Shown one piece after another: positions 53,316-64,000 of a stretch of 64,000 bases of DNA. Under the pieces are notes generated by a model. The model worked only from the letters and a program-made list of their open reading frames with translations. It was not told where the DNA came from and made no database searches. Every line of letters starts with the position of its first letter. The stretch's first letter is position 1. The DNA comes from Octopus sinensis. Its lineage: Eukaryota. A program made the translations under genes and the position numbers. Location: the NCBI RefSeq assembly GCF_006345805.1, contig NC_043005.1, positions 107,632,001-107,696,000 on the forward strand, written 5' to 3'.

Positions 53316-54972
53316 TTTTTGTGTCGGTTAATTTGTGTTACGGTTATTGTGTATTGCGGTTGTGAGTTCGAATTCGTTAGTGGAAGCTGTTACGGCGTGG
53401 TGAATTGTGGAGATTTTGTTGGGTATGCAAGCCCAAAGTTATGCGGGAGCAGCAGGCAAGGGCCTGGCTGCGAGCGAACTGCAGTTGGAGGAAGTGGTCG
53501 TCGAGAAGGAGAGTTTGAAGAAATACTTCAACAGCTTCAGGAAGGAAGGTGATTGTCTAAGGGTCACACCACCTGAAGACGAAGCGAAAGAAGCAGAGAA
53601 GCGTATTATAACATACAGAACGTGGAGCATAGCTTCGAAGAGAATAGAAGTGGCAGAGGTGGAGGAAATCGAGAGGTGTCTACAGGAAATTGAAGGAGAA
53701 ACTACCTTCTACAATAGAGGTAGAAAATACGCAACAGTAGTCGTTCATTTTGAAAACGAAGACAAAGCGAAGAGGAACGCCACGAAAATATTGAAAACTG
53801 TAAAATGGGTGTTACTACCTAGCTATTGTGGAAAAAGAGCAGTAAGAATACGAATCAGTAGAATTTCACCGGAACTGAACATGGAAAGAATTGTAGCGGC
53901 AATAGTATTCAACTGCAAAGAGAGTATCGACATATTGAAGGTAGAAAAGTCGAAAGAAGTAAAGTGGTGGGGTTTTGCGGTGCAGGCTTTGGTTCACATA
54001 ACCATGCCAGACCTGTATAACATCCCAGAGGAGTTGGTGTTCCCCGACGAGACACGTCTCAGAGTCGTGGTGGAGGGGAGACCCCCAGTGTGTTACAAAT
54101 GCAAAATTAGAGGCCACATGAAGGATATGTGTCCGCTGAGAGAAGTACAAGAGAAGACGATAACACTGGAGGCTTTGACAGAGGAGTTACAAAAGGCGAA
54201 TATGGAATTACAAGCGGAAGAGGACATCGTGACTACAGATAATGTGGAAAGTGGTGACGAGTTGGTGAAGGAGAAAGAAAAGGAAAGAACAGAAGAAAAA
54301 GAGGATAGAAAGAGAACGCGGGTGGAATCACTACCCAAAGCACAAAAAAAAACGAAAAATGCTAAAAAGAAGTCTACCGACGAGATAGGGGATCGAACGC
54401 ACGAAGAGAAAGATACAGAAACGAAAGTGAGTGTAGATTCAGATTGGCAGGTAGGGGAAGAATGGGAAAGTAGTAAGGAAGAACAACTGAAAAGATGTAT
54501 GGAAGGAAAAAGACCAAAAGGAAGAAATCTTAAAGCTATAATGTTGTACATGAAGGACAAGGAAATTGAGAAGAAGTTGGCAAATATGAAAAGTCTAATT
54601 AGAGTGAAGTTGAACCCGAAGATATTTGATGACCATGTGAAGGCGGCAATTGTAGAAAGAGAGACAGTAACGAAACTGAAAAAGGTGTACAACTGTATGC
54701 GTAATGCAATACATTCGGTACGACAGTTTGCCAGGTATTATAGAACAGGAGAAGTTACTTGAGTACATGACAGATGAACGCCCTGAATAACACGATTGTA
54801 ATTGTAAATGAAACTGCAGGCTCTGGGGGGCTCGTAAGACATTCCATTTAATTCATTGCAAATAATTCATTGTCATACCATACTTTTTGAGTTTTTTTAT
54901 TATATGTACCCCATGTCCTGTATTGTTATGTCCCCTCTTAATTCGGGCCATTGTGCCTATAATAAAGATTTA
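53316..54972 (+). mobile_element. ORF1-only L1/Tx1-like non-autonomous retroelement (HAL1-like), 1,657 bp
   Basis: perfect 15-bp TSD ATCTGCAGCTGGCGG at 53301-53315 and 54973-54987; AATAAA at 54961; no ORF2. Confidence 0.85.
53425..54762 (+). CDS. L1/Tx1-type ORF1p-like nucleic-acid-binding protein with CCHC zinc knuckle (445 aa)
   Basis: uninterrupted ORF; N-terminal SYAGAA; RVVVEGRPPVCYKCKIRGHMKDMC = CX2CX4HX4C; charged linker; the track start at 53407 is GTG, first ATG at 53425. Confidence 0.88.
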   Translation: MQAQSYAGAAGKGLAASELQLEEVVVEKESLKKYFNSFRKEGDCLRVTPPEDEAKEAEKRIITYRTWSIASKRIEVAEVEEIERCLQEIEGETTFYNRGRKYATVVVHFENEDKAKRNATKILKTVKWVLLPSYCGKRAVRIRISRISPELNMERIVAAIVFNCKESIDILKVEKSKEVKWWGFAVQALVHITMPDLYNIPEELVFPDETRLRVVVEGRPPVCYKCKIRGHMKDMCPLREVQEKTITLEALTEELQKANMELQAEEDIVTTDNVESGDELVKEKEKERTEEKEDRKRTRVESLPKAQKKTKNAKKKSTDEIGDRTHEEKDTETKVSVDSDWQVGEEWESSKEEQLKRCMEGKRPKGRNLKAIMLYMKDKEIEKKLANMKSLIRVKLNPKIFDDHVKAAIVERETVTKLKKVYNCMRNAIHSVRQFARYYRTGEVT

Positions 54973-54998
54973 ATCTGCAGCTGGCGGGCTTCTGCTAC

Positions 54999-55045
54999 TC
55001 TAGACCGATGATGGACAAAGATCCTGAAACATGCGTGTCTCTAGA
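54999..55045 (+). ncRNA. type I hammerhead-like fold (U4C core, U-U at the stem II base)
   Basis: UCUAGA-CCGAUGA-U-GGA-CAAAGA-UCC-U-GAAA-CA-UGCG-U-GUC|UCUAGA; second copy at 52947-52993 (minus). Confidence 0.6.
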
Positions 55046-55289
55046 TGCAGGCCTGGCTGCTGGGGGTATTTGTCTCCCCTTCGTAAATATATAAGCACAC
55101 AGGGGAAAAAAATGTGTCGAAGACATCAGGAGGCGTCGATGCTTCATAGGGCTAAACAGCGGTGGTGTAATCACCTACTGTCACGTTAAATTGACAGTAT
55201 ACAACCATTCTATCGCCCCACCACCATAAAAATCTCTATGAGATATTTAGAAATTTAATATTTCTGATATTCTTTTATTATTTTCTATT

Positions 55290-55439
55290 ATTCGTTTCAG
55301 TCATTTAACTGCGGCCATGCTGGAGCAGCGCCTTTTAGTCGAACACATCGACCTCAGGACTTATTCCGTGTAAGCCTAATACTTAGTCTATCGGTCTCTT
55401 TTGCCGAACTGCTAAGTGACGGAGACGTAAATACACCAG
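55290..55439 (-). mobile_element. SINE family A 3' part
   Basis: GTTTCAGTCATTTAACTGCGGCCATGCTGGAGC... Confidence 0.85.
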
Positions 55440-55440
55440 T

Positions 55441-55474
55441 CTCTATCTATCTATATAGATAGATATAGATAGAC

Positions 55475-55547
<73 letters not shown>

Positions 55548-55595
55548 TAGATAGATAGGTATAGATAGATATAGATAAATAGATAGATAGATAAA
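55441..55595. repeat. (GATA)n microsatellite
   Basis: direct reading. Confidence 0.95.
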
Positions 55596-55699
55596 GAAAG
55601 AGTGAGAGATAGAGCGTGAGAGAGAGAAATTCAATTCTACTTCTACACGTAGAAATACAAGGAAATTGGTTTTGGGGTTGAAAATTCACTTATGACAGG

Positions 55700-57320
55700 T
55701 TATAACATTTGCCCAAGAAGTATTTCCACTTGATGAATAGAAAAGACTTTTCTTTGAACAAATAAATTTTATACCACAAAATAATTTTCGATGGCTAAAC
55801 TTTTCAAGGCATATTTCGAAGTTTATCTACATGAACACACCTGATTAAGCTTTCAGCAATAGCTTCCATAAATGCCAATTCGCCAAGGGGGAAATACTAC
55901 CTAGAGATTTGTTTGCACACATTATGGATCATCTTTATGAATATAAAACCTTAATAACAAAAACCACACTATCTAATTTACAGTAGAATGATATATATTT
56001 AAACTACTCTTTTGCACACCTTTATCATAAAATGAAATACAAACATTGAAAACGATATCTACTTCAAGCCAAAAGAGTAAAAAGATTATCCGTTATTTTA
56101 CCTGCTATCCAAAACATTCAAAAATAAATAAACCTTTCAGAACGTATACAATTGTATCCGATTCCGAGAGCCGGAAGAAACAAATCTATGAAATACATAG
56201 AATATATTATTTGCAAGACACTAACTTTAATCAATAACGGAACATAATTTCCAGAATTGATAAATATCCAAGAATTATGAAAAGTAGCAAACACTACTTT
56301 ATTTCGTATATCGACTCGCAATCCAAGACGTACAGAAGAATGCAACATCATCCATCATTATCATATTGCATTTTTGGTGAACGACGCGAGAATAAAAAAA
56401 ACACACTCCAAAGTGAAAAAATTAAAACCGTTTAAAATAATTTGCGGCGAGCTGGCAGAATCGTTAGCACGCCGGGCGAAATGCTTAGCGGTATTTCGTC
56501 TGCCGTTACGTTCTGAGTTCAAATTCCGCCATGCTCGACTTTGCTTTTCATCCTTTTGGTATCGATCAAATAAGTACCAGTTACGCACTGGCGTCGATAT
56601 AATTGACTTAATCGGTTTGTTTGTCCTTATTTGTCCTCTCTGTGTTTAGCCCCTTGTGGGTAGTAAAGAAATAGGTATTTCGTCTGAGCTCAAATTCCAC
56701 CGAGATCGACTTTGCCTTTCATCCTTTCGGGGTCGATAAATTAAGTACCAGTTACACACTGGGGTCGATCTAATTGACTTAATCCGTTTGTCTCTCCCCT
56801 CTATGTTTAGCCCCTTGTGGGCAATAAAGAAATAAGAATTTGCTTACTAGCGCCAAATTACCCGCCAATAATTACAAGTCCGATAGACAAAAAGCAAAGG
56901 AAATATAACCGCCCTAATTGTGGACTATGCATCAAGCTCATTGAGAGACAATCATTTGCCATAAAATTTCATGCCATGTGTACATCAATTGATTAAATTT
57001 ATGATATCAAATGAAATGGGTGTCACGGAAACTAAATAGATTAAATTCGATTAAATCTGAGGTACAGAATGCCGGCAGGAGATTCTGGTACCAGAAAAAT
57101 ACTAGTTGGTAGGCATCTGGATCTGTGTTCAACAAAGAAATATAAAAAATGCCAATATTTTCCTTTATATCAATATATTGAGAACACTTCATTCCGATTC
57201 CGATTAAAGAAGGAAAATATGCTTATTAAGAAATATATGCCAAAACTAAATATTTTATATCAACGCGACAGAATAAGAAAACATAGTATATTCGGCTTAA
57301 CGAAAACACTAGAAGGCTAA
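55700..57320 (+). pseudogene. degenerate LRR-coding remnant split by a SINE B dimer
   Basis: One frame from 55708: QEVF..., INFIPQNNFRWLN, AFSN, EILPRDLFAH (55891), SFAHL; then FPELINIQEL; after the SINE KLIERQSF, RHLDLCS, YMPKLNILY, SIFGLTK. Confidence 0.5.
56444..56838 (+). mobile_element. SINE family B tandem dimer
   Basis: full copy followed directly by a 5'-truncated copy. Confidence 0.92.
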
Positions 57321-57422
57321 AAAACGATAAAAGAAGAGAAAATTCAACGTAACGAGTTTTTTATGGGATACGACTTCCTAACTTCAAACCAATGTGTAAT
57401 AATATTTTTTCGACATTAATTA

Positions 57423-57818
57423 GGCGTAGGAGTAGCTGCGTGGTAAATAGTTACCAACCACATGGTTCCGGGTTCAGTCCCACTGCGTGGAACCTTGGGC
57501 AAGTATCTTCTACTATAGCCTCGGGCCGACCAAAGCCTTGTGAGTGGATTTGGTAGACAGAAACTGAAAGAAGCCTGTCGTATATGTATATGTATATATG
57601 TTTGTCTGTTTGTGTGTCTGTGTTTGTCCTCCCAACATCGCTTGACAACCGATGCTGGTGTCTTTACGTCCCCGTAACTTAGCAGTTCGGCAAAAGAGAC
57701 CGTTAGAATAAGTACTAGGCTTACAAAGAATAAGTCCGGGGTCGATTTTCTCAACTAATATCGGTGCTCCAGCATGGCCACAGTCAAATGACTGAAACAA
57801 GTAGAAGAGTAAAAAGAG
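57423..57818 (+). mobile_element. SINE family A, full length
   Basis: GGCGTAGGAGTAGCTGCGTGGTAA...GGTTCAGTCC...TGACTGAAACAAGTAGAAGAG. Confidence 0.95.
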
Positions 57819-58163
57819 AAAAGAGCAAGTTTATTTGCTGACATCTAGGATTGAACAATTGGATTCTGATTTTACTTAAAACACTGGGGCAAAAAAAAAG
57901 TCGTGATGCTATTATATTTTCAGTCAAAAACAAGTGACCAGGACATTTAATTAACAAATCACGTCCACAGTGCCAACTCGTGAGACCAAAGACTGACAAA
58001 AACAAGCGACGTCTTTGAGTATGTAGCCAACACACACACACACACACACACATTTATATTTCAAGTAATTATTAACTTATATATGTATGATGTAAGACAT
58101 AGGTCCAGGTCCTGATTGGCTACATACTCAAAGATGTGTATATATATATATATATATATTGTA

Positions 58164-58590
58164 TTAGCCTTCAAATGACGCCACCCCGCTGGCTAAGCGA
58201 GCAGGCCAACAGAAGAAAGAGTGAGAGAAAGTTGTGGCGAAAGAGTACATCAGGGATTGCCACCATCCCCTGCCGGAGCCTCGTAGAGCTTTAGGTGTTT
58301 TCGCTCAACAAACACTCACAACGCCCGGTCTGGGAATCGAAACCCCGATCCTGCGACCGCGTTGTGAGTGTTTATTGAGCGAAAACACCTAAAGCTCTAC
58401 GAGGCTCCAGCAGGGGATGGTGGCAATCCCCGATGTACTCTTTCGTCACAACTTTCTCTCACTCTTTCTTCTGTTGGCCTGCTCGCTTAGCCAGCGGGGT
58501 GGCGTCATTTGAAGGCTAAAACAATGCTAGGCGCATTGTGACCAGCGATGTGTAGCAACATCTGATGGCCTGGTCAGTCACGGTGATCAC
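58164..58590. mobile_element. SINE family C fold-back: 161-bp inverted arms, 34-nt loop
   Basis: 58164-58324 pairs with 58359-58519 with 4 mismatches; the + copy continues to its tail at ~58590. Confidence 0.92.
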
Positions 58591-59797
58591 GGTGCAATTG
58601 TAAATAGACAGATGTGTTTCAGCTATGATCATTCTGCCTTTTATTTGCTCAGAAAATAAATATATAGGACGTATTATCCATGTTCTCCTATTTTCTAAAA
58701 TATTTTGTTAAGAATTGAGGGAATAGTAAACGCGATTTCGAGCAAAACTATCAAATTCATGGCTGCACTCTCGTCTGTTAGCAAATGTTGAATATACTGA
58801 GCGTCTCATAATGATGGAATATGTTACAACTGAAAGCAACTAGGACTGGACTTAGCTCATTTTTAAAATTAAATCTATCACATATAACCAAGTTAAATTA
58901 AAATTATATTTAGTTGTTAAACTCTGAGTCTCATAGAAGAGATTATTTTCAAAGAGATTTTATGTGTTACTATAATTATTCTACATTTATTTGAAAAGTT
59001 CATATGTTACGCAAAACATCCGTCTTTAGAGATCAGGGTTTGATTTGATAGATATATGAGCGATAAGTGTAGCGAGTCCAATGAGTTTGAACATAGACTC
59101 GGTCAATGGTTTTGTTGGTATTTGTTTCCAGTCAGAACATTGTATTATATATTATCCTAGATCGCCATTTCTCGAGAATATGATCGACCTGATCAAATAT
59201 AAATGTTATCTGTAAAAGATATTCAAGAACCGTTATATCGCCCATCTTCACAACGGGAGACAGAAGAGAGAAAATAACTGTCCCTTACAATGAACCAAAC
59301 GAACTACAGAGCTCTCTGTGACATTCGTATTTTTGCTACATTAACATTATCTTAAATAAACCAGCAAAAGATTACTATGCCACATCTATTTCAAAATATA
59401 AATAAATTTATCATTTCATACGATTGTGTGCACGTCGAATTGTTTCGCAGTTCTGTCTCTGTGTTATGGTTTCATTGTTTGATCTGACAGCGGCCCCCAT
59501 CTTTTTAAATGGCTTGTGTTTATCAGAACACATTAATATAAAGCTGTGATTAAAGAAGATTTTTATTTGAATCCATGAGATTAGAAGCAACTTATATACT
59601 GTAAGCAGACACACACTTATATACTGTATGAAGACATACGCAAATACACAGGAGCATTATCATAAACGGTTACACACACACACATATGTATATGTACATA
59701 CTTAAATATATGTATGTACTTACACACTCAAGCTAACACATACGCACACACGCACCTACACATATATATACTTTAGTGCGTACGTATGTATACTTAT

Positions 59798-59860
<63 letters not shown>

Positions 59861-60172
59861 TGTATGTGTATGCATACATACATGTGTGTGTTCGTGTGTA
59901 TGTATGTATTTGAGCACGGGATACAATAATTTCATTACTATTACTATTATTATGTGTACTTTTATTTTTATATAGTGACACAGACGCAGGAACAGAATGG
60001 TAAACAGACAGACAGACACTTGTAATCCTTCACACGCCTGCATTCTAAATTATATACAAATTTTAAAATACATATAAAGTATTATGTGTGTAATTCTTGC
60101 AATCTATGTGTGAAGTTCTCTAAATATTTTGTTTCACCTTAATCTGTCAATGTTCCTATATAGTCACGCACG

Positions 60173-60221
<49 letters not shown>

Positions 60222-60439
60222 GTTCATTTGTAGGTTGAGTGAGGAAAAGAAAGAAACGTAAGGATTAGAAAGACAAGGAAGTATTCATGTGTCACAATGT
60301 ATGTATACGCAAGTTTATATACATATATGTGTGTGTGTACGTATGTATATATAACATGGAGATAAATATATATATATATATATGTATGTATATATATATG
60401 TGTGTGTGTGCGTATTTATACATATATCAATATGCATGT

Positions 60440-60600
60440 ATGCATATATGTATATATGTATTTATGTATATATTTATGTATGTATGTATGCATGTATGTA
60501 TGTATGTATGTATGCATGTATGTATGTATGTATGTATGTATGTATGTATGTATGCATGTATGTATGTATTTATGTATGTATGTATGTATGTATATCTGTA
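60440..60600. repeat. (ATGT)n microsatellite
   Basis: direct reading. Confidence 0.95.
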
Positions 60601-61129
60601 TGTAGGTGTATACAGTCACACATACATCCTAACAGATCCACATTGCCATTATGATCCTTGATCTATTGAAGTACAAACACTATTTAAATATCAATCCAGA
60701 TTTACTGATTCCAATCTCCTAAACAATAAGTAAATGGTATTTCAAGAGATGAGATTTGGAAAGTCTTATCCCTGCTATCGTATTTGGCAAAATTCCTTTC
60801 ACTTTTTCCCCAAATATTATTGTTGTTGCTAATATTTTTATAACTGTTTTTGTTGGTGGTGTTGTTATCTTGTTAACGTTACTTTTGCTGTGATGCTGGC
60901 TGTTTTTAAAATTCTTATAATTTCTATTCCTCTTGCTCCTGTGTTTTGTTGTGCAGCAGATTTTAAAGCAGGTGGGGGAGTGGGGCCTCTCCTTTTGCTC
61001 AGCGGTTCTTGATAAACTTCACGCGCATACATATCTGTTATCGTTTTTATTTTACCTCTTACCGGTTTCAGCCAGTCGCTGAGACCATGCTGGAACACCA
61101 CCTTTCAGTGTGTTTGGATTTCTTTTCAG

Positions 61130-61900
61130 GAATCCAGACGACCCACTGCGAAATTTCTCGATAGGTGTAGTATTTCTGTTTCTGAATGAGCTCAGAAACT
61201 ATCCCGCTGCCCTCATGCATTGTGTTGCCATCTTGGTAACATGCACATGGAATGTTGCATCATTGCTCATCTGGACTCCAGGTCTGACTCTAGAATTGCA
61301 CTACCCACTCGTCCTGTGTATTTCCGATTGTAGTCTGTTCGTTGGCCGATAGTGGAAAGCTTGGAACTTCTCTGCATTGAACGGCATGTTATTTCCCTCA
61401 GCCCATTTGAATATTACCGTCAGGTAGTTTTGAAGCTTTAGTATATCATGAGGGGCCTTGATCGCTGGTGATACTTTCGTGTCATCAGCATAGCTGACGA
61501 GAGTGACTGACTGTATGCCTGAGGACATGTCCGGCAGGGCCTTCACAAATAGTAGTGGTCTCAGTACAGTTCCTTGAGAGACTCCACTGCGAAATGATCT
61601 ATCCCCAGAAAGAGCATCTTTAGCTGCAGCTGTCTGACTTCTGTTCTTCAAAAGGTTATTCAGCCACTCTCCCAGTTTTCCAGCGATACCAAGGACTCTC
61701 CCAGTTTTCCAAGGATACCAAGGACACCTAGTTTGTGACGTATCATCCTATGAACAAATTTGTCAAAGGCCTTGGTAAAGTCAAGACATGTCACATTCAC
61801 ATGAGAGTATTGGAGTTGCTGGTTCAGTAGTCAGTCTTAATGCTGTACTAGCTATGTGAGGCTGCTTCTCCATGGACAGAAGCCTTGTTTGTGAGCAAGT
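61130..61900 (-). mobile_element. CR1/L2-group LINE RT fragment (degenerate)
   Basis: CLDFTKAFDKFVH, GKLGEWL, SGVSQGTVLRPLLF, VSYADDTK, WAEGNNMPFNAEKFQ, VRDLGVQMS. Confidence 0.92.
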
Positions 61901-62748
61901 TATTTTCTTTTAGGAATGTAATCAGCCTCCTGATAATTCGGTCCATCCGTTTTAACATCCGTTTTGCTTCCTTCCTTAGAGACAGGACATATTTTTAACA
62001 ATTTTTTTTAACTATTTGCAAAGTTTGTCACATGCAAAGAAACTCTGAAAAGGTATTTGGACTGGTTTTGCGAGACCTTTCTTGCATGTCTGTTAAAGAT
62101 CAGCTAGAAATCTGTCTGGGCCCGTTTTTGAGTTCATTTCATCAATGGCCGATATTACATCACCCTTTTTCATGTCGAAGTAATCGATGGTTGCCTCTTT
62201 CCTATGAAAAGCTCATTCGCGCCTTTCCATTTGAATTACAGTTACAAATCGAGACATATGTATATATGAATGTATTTGTGTGTGTGGATGTTTAGTATAG
62301 GTTACTTAAAACATGTTTCCACTTCGACTTGCATATTCAATGACAGTTAATAAAACTGAAGGAGCAAACATTTGAAAAAGTTGGAATACATTTGCTCAAC
62401 CGGTATTTTCTCATGGTCAATTATATGTCACATTTTCAAGAGCACGAGCTACGAACAATATCAAAGTAAGAGTTATGACACTCAATTGGGATAACAGACA
62501 AGGCCAAAAACGTGGTGTATAACATACACACGAAATATTACAGTGTGTATGTCACACAGTAATATTTTGTGTACTGTGAGGAGGACCACCACACCAGCCG
62601 CCCCATCATTACACATCCACCTTTCAGATCGGAGAACCAGTTAGGGGCCCGCTGGACCCCTCTCAGCATACCAATAAACCACAAAATCGCACCAATTAGC
62701 ATCATCACAATCACAAAGCCCGTCATATATATATATATAATATATATA

Positions 62749-62795
<47 letters not shown>

Positions 62796-62914
62796 CATAT
62801 ATATATATGTATGTATGTATGTGTATGTATGTATGTATGTATGTATGTATGTATGTATTATGTATGTATGTATTATGTATGTATGTATGTATGTATGCAT
62901 GTATGTATGTGTGT

Positions 62915-63097
62915 GTTTGTGTCTGTGTTTGTCCCACCACTCCCATTGCTTGACAACCGATGTTGGTGAGTTTGCATCCTTGTAATTTAGCTGTTCAGCA
63001 GAAGAGACTCATAGAATAAGCCCAGGGTTCAAATTCTTCAACTAATGGGTGGTGCTCCAGCATGTCCACCATCAAATGATTGAAAAAAATAAAAGAA
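62915..63097 (+). mobile_element. SINE family A 3' half, diverged
   Basis: TTGCTTGACAACCGATG...GGTGCTCCAGCATG. Confidence 0.8.
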
Positions 63098-63276
63098 TAC
63101 CAGAAAAATGTTCCATACCACTAAACTACAAAGAAGGTTCTTTGAATATGTACGATGTATTTAAGTTTAAATAGTAATTCTGTTTACGTTTGTTTAACTG
63201 AGATATTTTGGTTGGATTATATAGTCATTGGTGTTATATTAGTTTCTATATTCTGTAAATGTCACAATATATTTTT

Positions 63277-63428
63277 CTAGGCCTGAAATTTTTGTGAGGA
63301 GTGGGGCCAGTAGATTAGATTGACCCGAGTACACAATTGGACAATTGGTACTTTATTTATCGACCTCGAAAGGACGAAATGTAAGTCTACCTCGGCAGAA
63401 TTTGAACCCAGAGCGTAAAGATAGACGG
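63277..63428 (-). mobile_element. SINE family B-related fragment
   Basis: TATCGACCTCGAAAGGACG...CCTCGGCAGAATTTGAACCCAG. Confidence 0.75.
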
Positions 63429-64000
63429 TCATAATATACAAACATTTCTCATGGCACCAGTACACTGTTTACAGATGCTTATATTTTTCATGTTTTCCGT
63501 GAATTTTTCAAGGGTCCAGCTAGTATAGTATATATATATGCATTCATGCTGTTTCCCTTTGCAAATAGTAGTTCTATTAATTAAAGAAATGTTTTCAATA
63601 AAGTTCCCAGCAGTGGTGGTGGAGTATGTGGTTGTGATGTTAGGAGTATTGGCGATAGCTATAAGGGTGTTGGTTGTGCCGTTGATGGAGGATATAATGA
63701 CGAGGGTAGCACGTGTATTATAAAGCTAGAGCTAGTATGTCAGTTATGTTGGTAATGTAAGTAATGATGGTTATTGGTTTTTGTTTGGTATCATTGATAA
63801 AAATTGTGTAACTTGTTTTAATTTTTATTGGCTTAATCAGAGGATGTCAGAGTTGTTTGATACACAATAGAATGACATACGCTTGTTGTCCCTACCACTT
63901 TTGCTCTGAGATAAAAATCCTACTGATGTGCCCAAAATAACTAGGTTACCACTATGCATATATCAAAACCCTTATCTGTAACGCAAGCTACGGATTTTAA

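Larger units (their letters stand above)
53083..55268 (+). mobile_element. 1.5 tandem copies of the same unit, the second interrupted by the ORF1 element
   Basis: 53083-53235 is a direct repeat of 55116-55268; full unit = 53244-53315 + 54988-55268. Confidence 0.85.

Noticed and set aside
53407-54762. ORF as a domesticated host gene or LTR gag
   Set aside because: The flanking repeats are a disrupted host element rather than TG...CA LTRs, there is no PBS/PPT, and a 15-bp TSD brackets it like a non-LTR insertion.

Overview
AT-rich, microsatellite-dense eukaryotic DNA. The tRNA-derived SINE families resemble those known from octopus, so a coleoid cephalopod is likely (inference). I cannot support an intact host gene. 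The window is a mosaic of SINEs, Penelope-like element (PLE) fragments with hammerhead-like motifs, LINE RT remnants (CR1/L2-, Tx1/L1- and RTE-like), DNA-transposon remnants (mariner, Tigger, Harbinger), MITE/fold-back palindromes and simple repeats. The only long non-repetitive intact ORF (53425-54762, 445 aa from the first ATG) is a zinc-knuckle L1/Tx1-type ORF1p. It lies in a 1,657-bp ORF1-only element with a perfect 15-bp target-site duplication. That element is inserted into a ~350-bp hammerhead-bearing repeat whose empty sister copy lies ~300 bp upstream in inverted orientation. Much of the remaining unique DNA translates on the + strand into stop- and frameshift-ridden leucine-rich-repeat-like peptides, with one TIR-like stretch. 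This suggests a decayed LRR/Toll-like receptor array, at moderate confidence because AT-rich DNA can mimic LRRs. All alignments and folds were done by eye.
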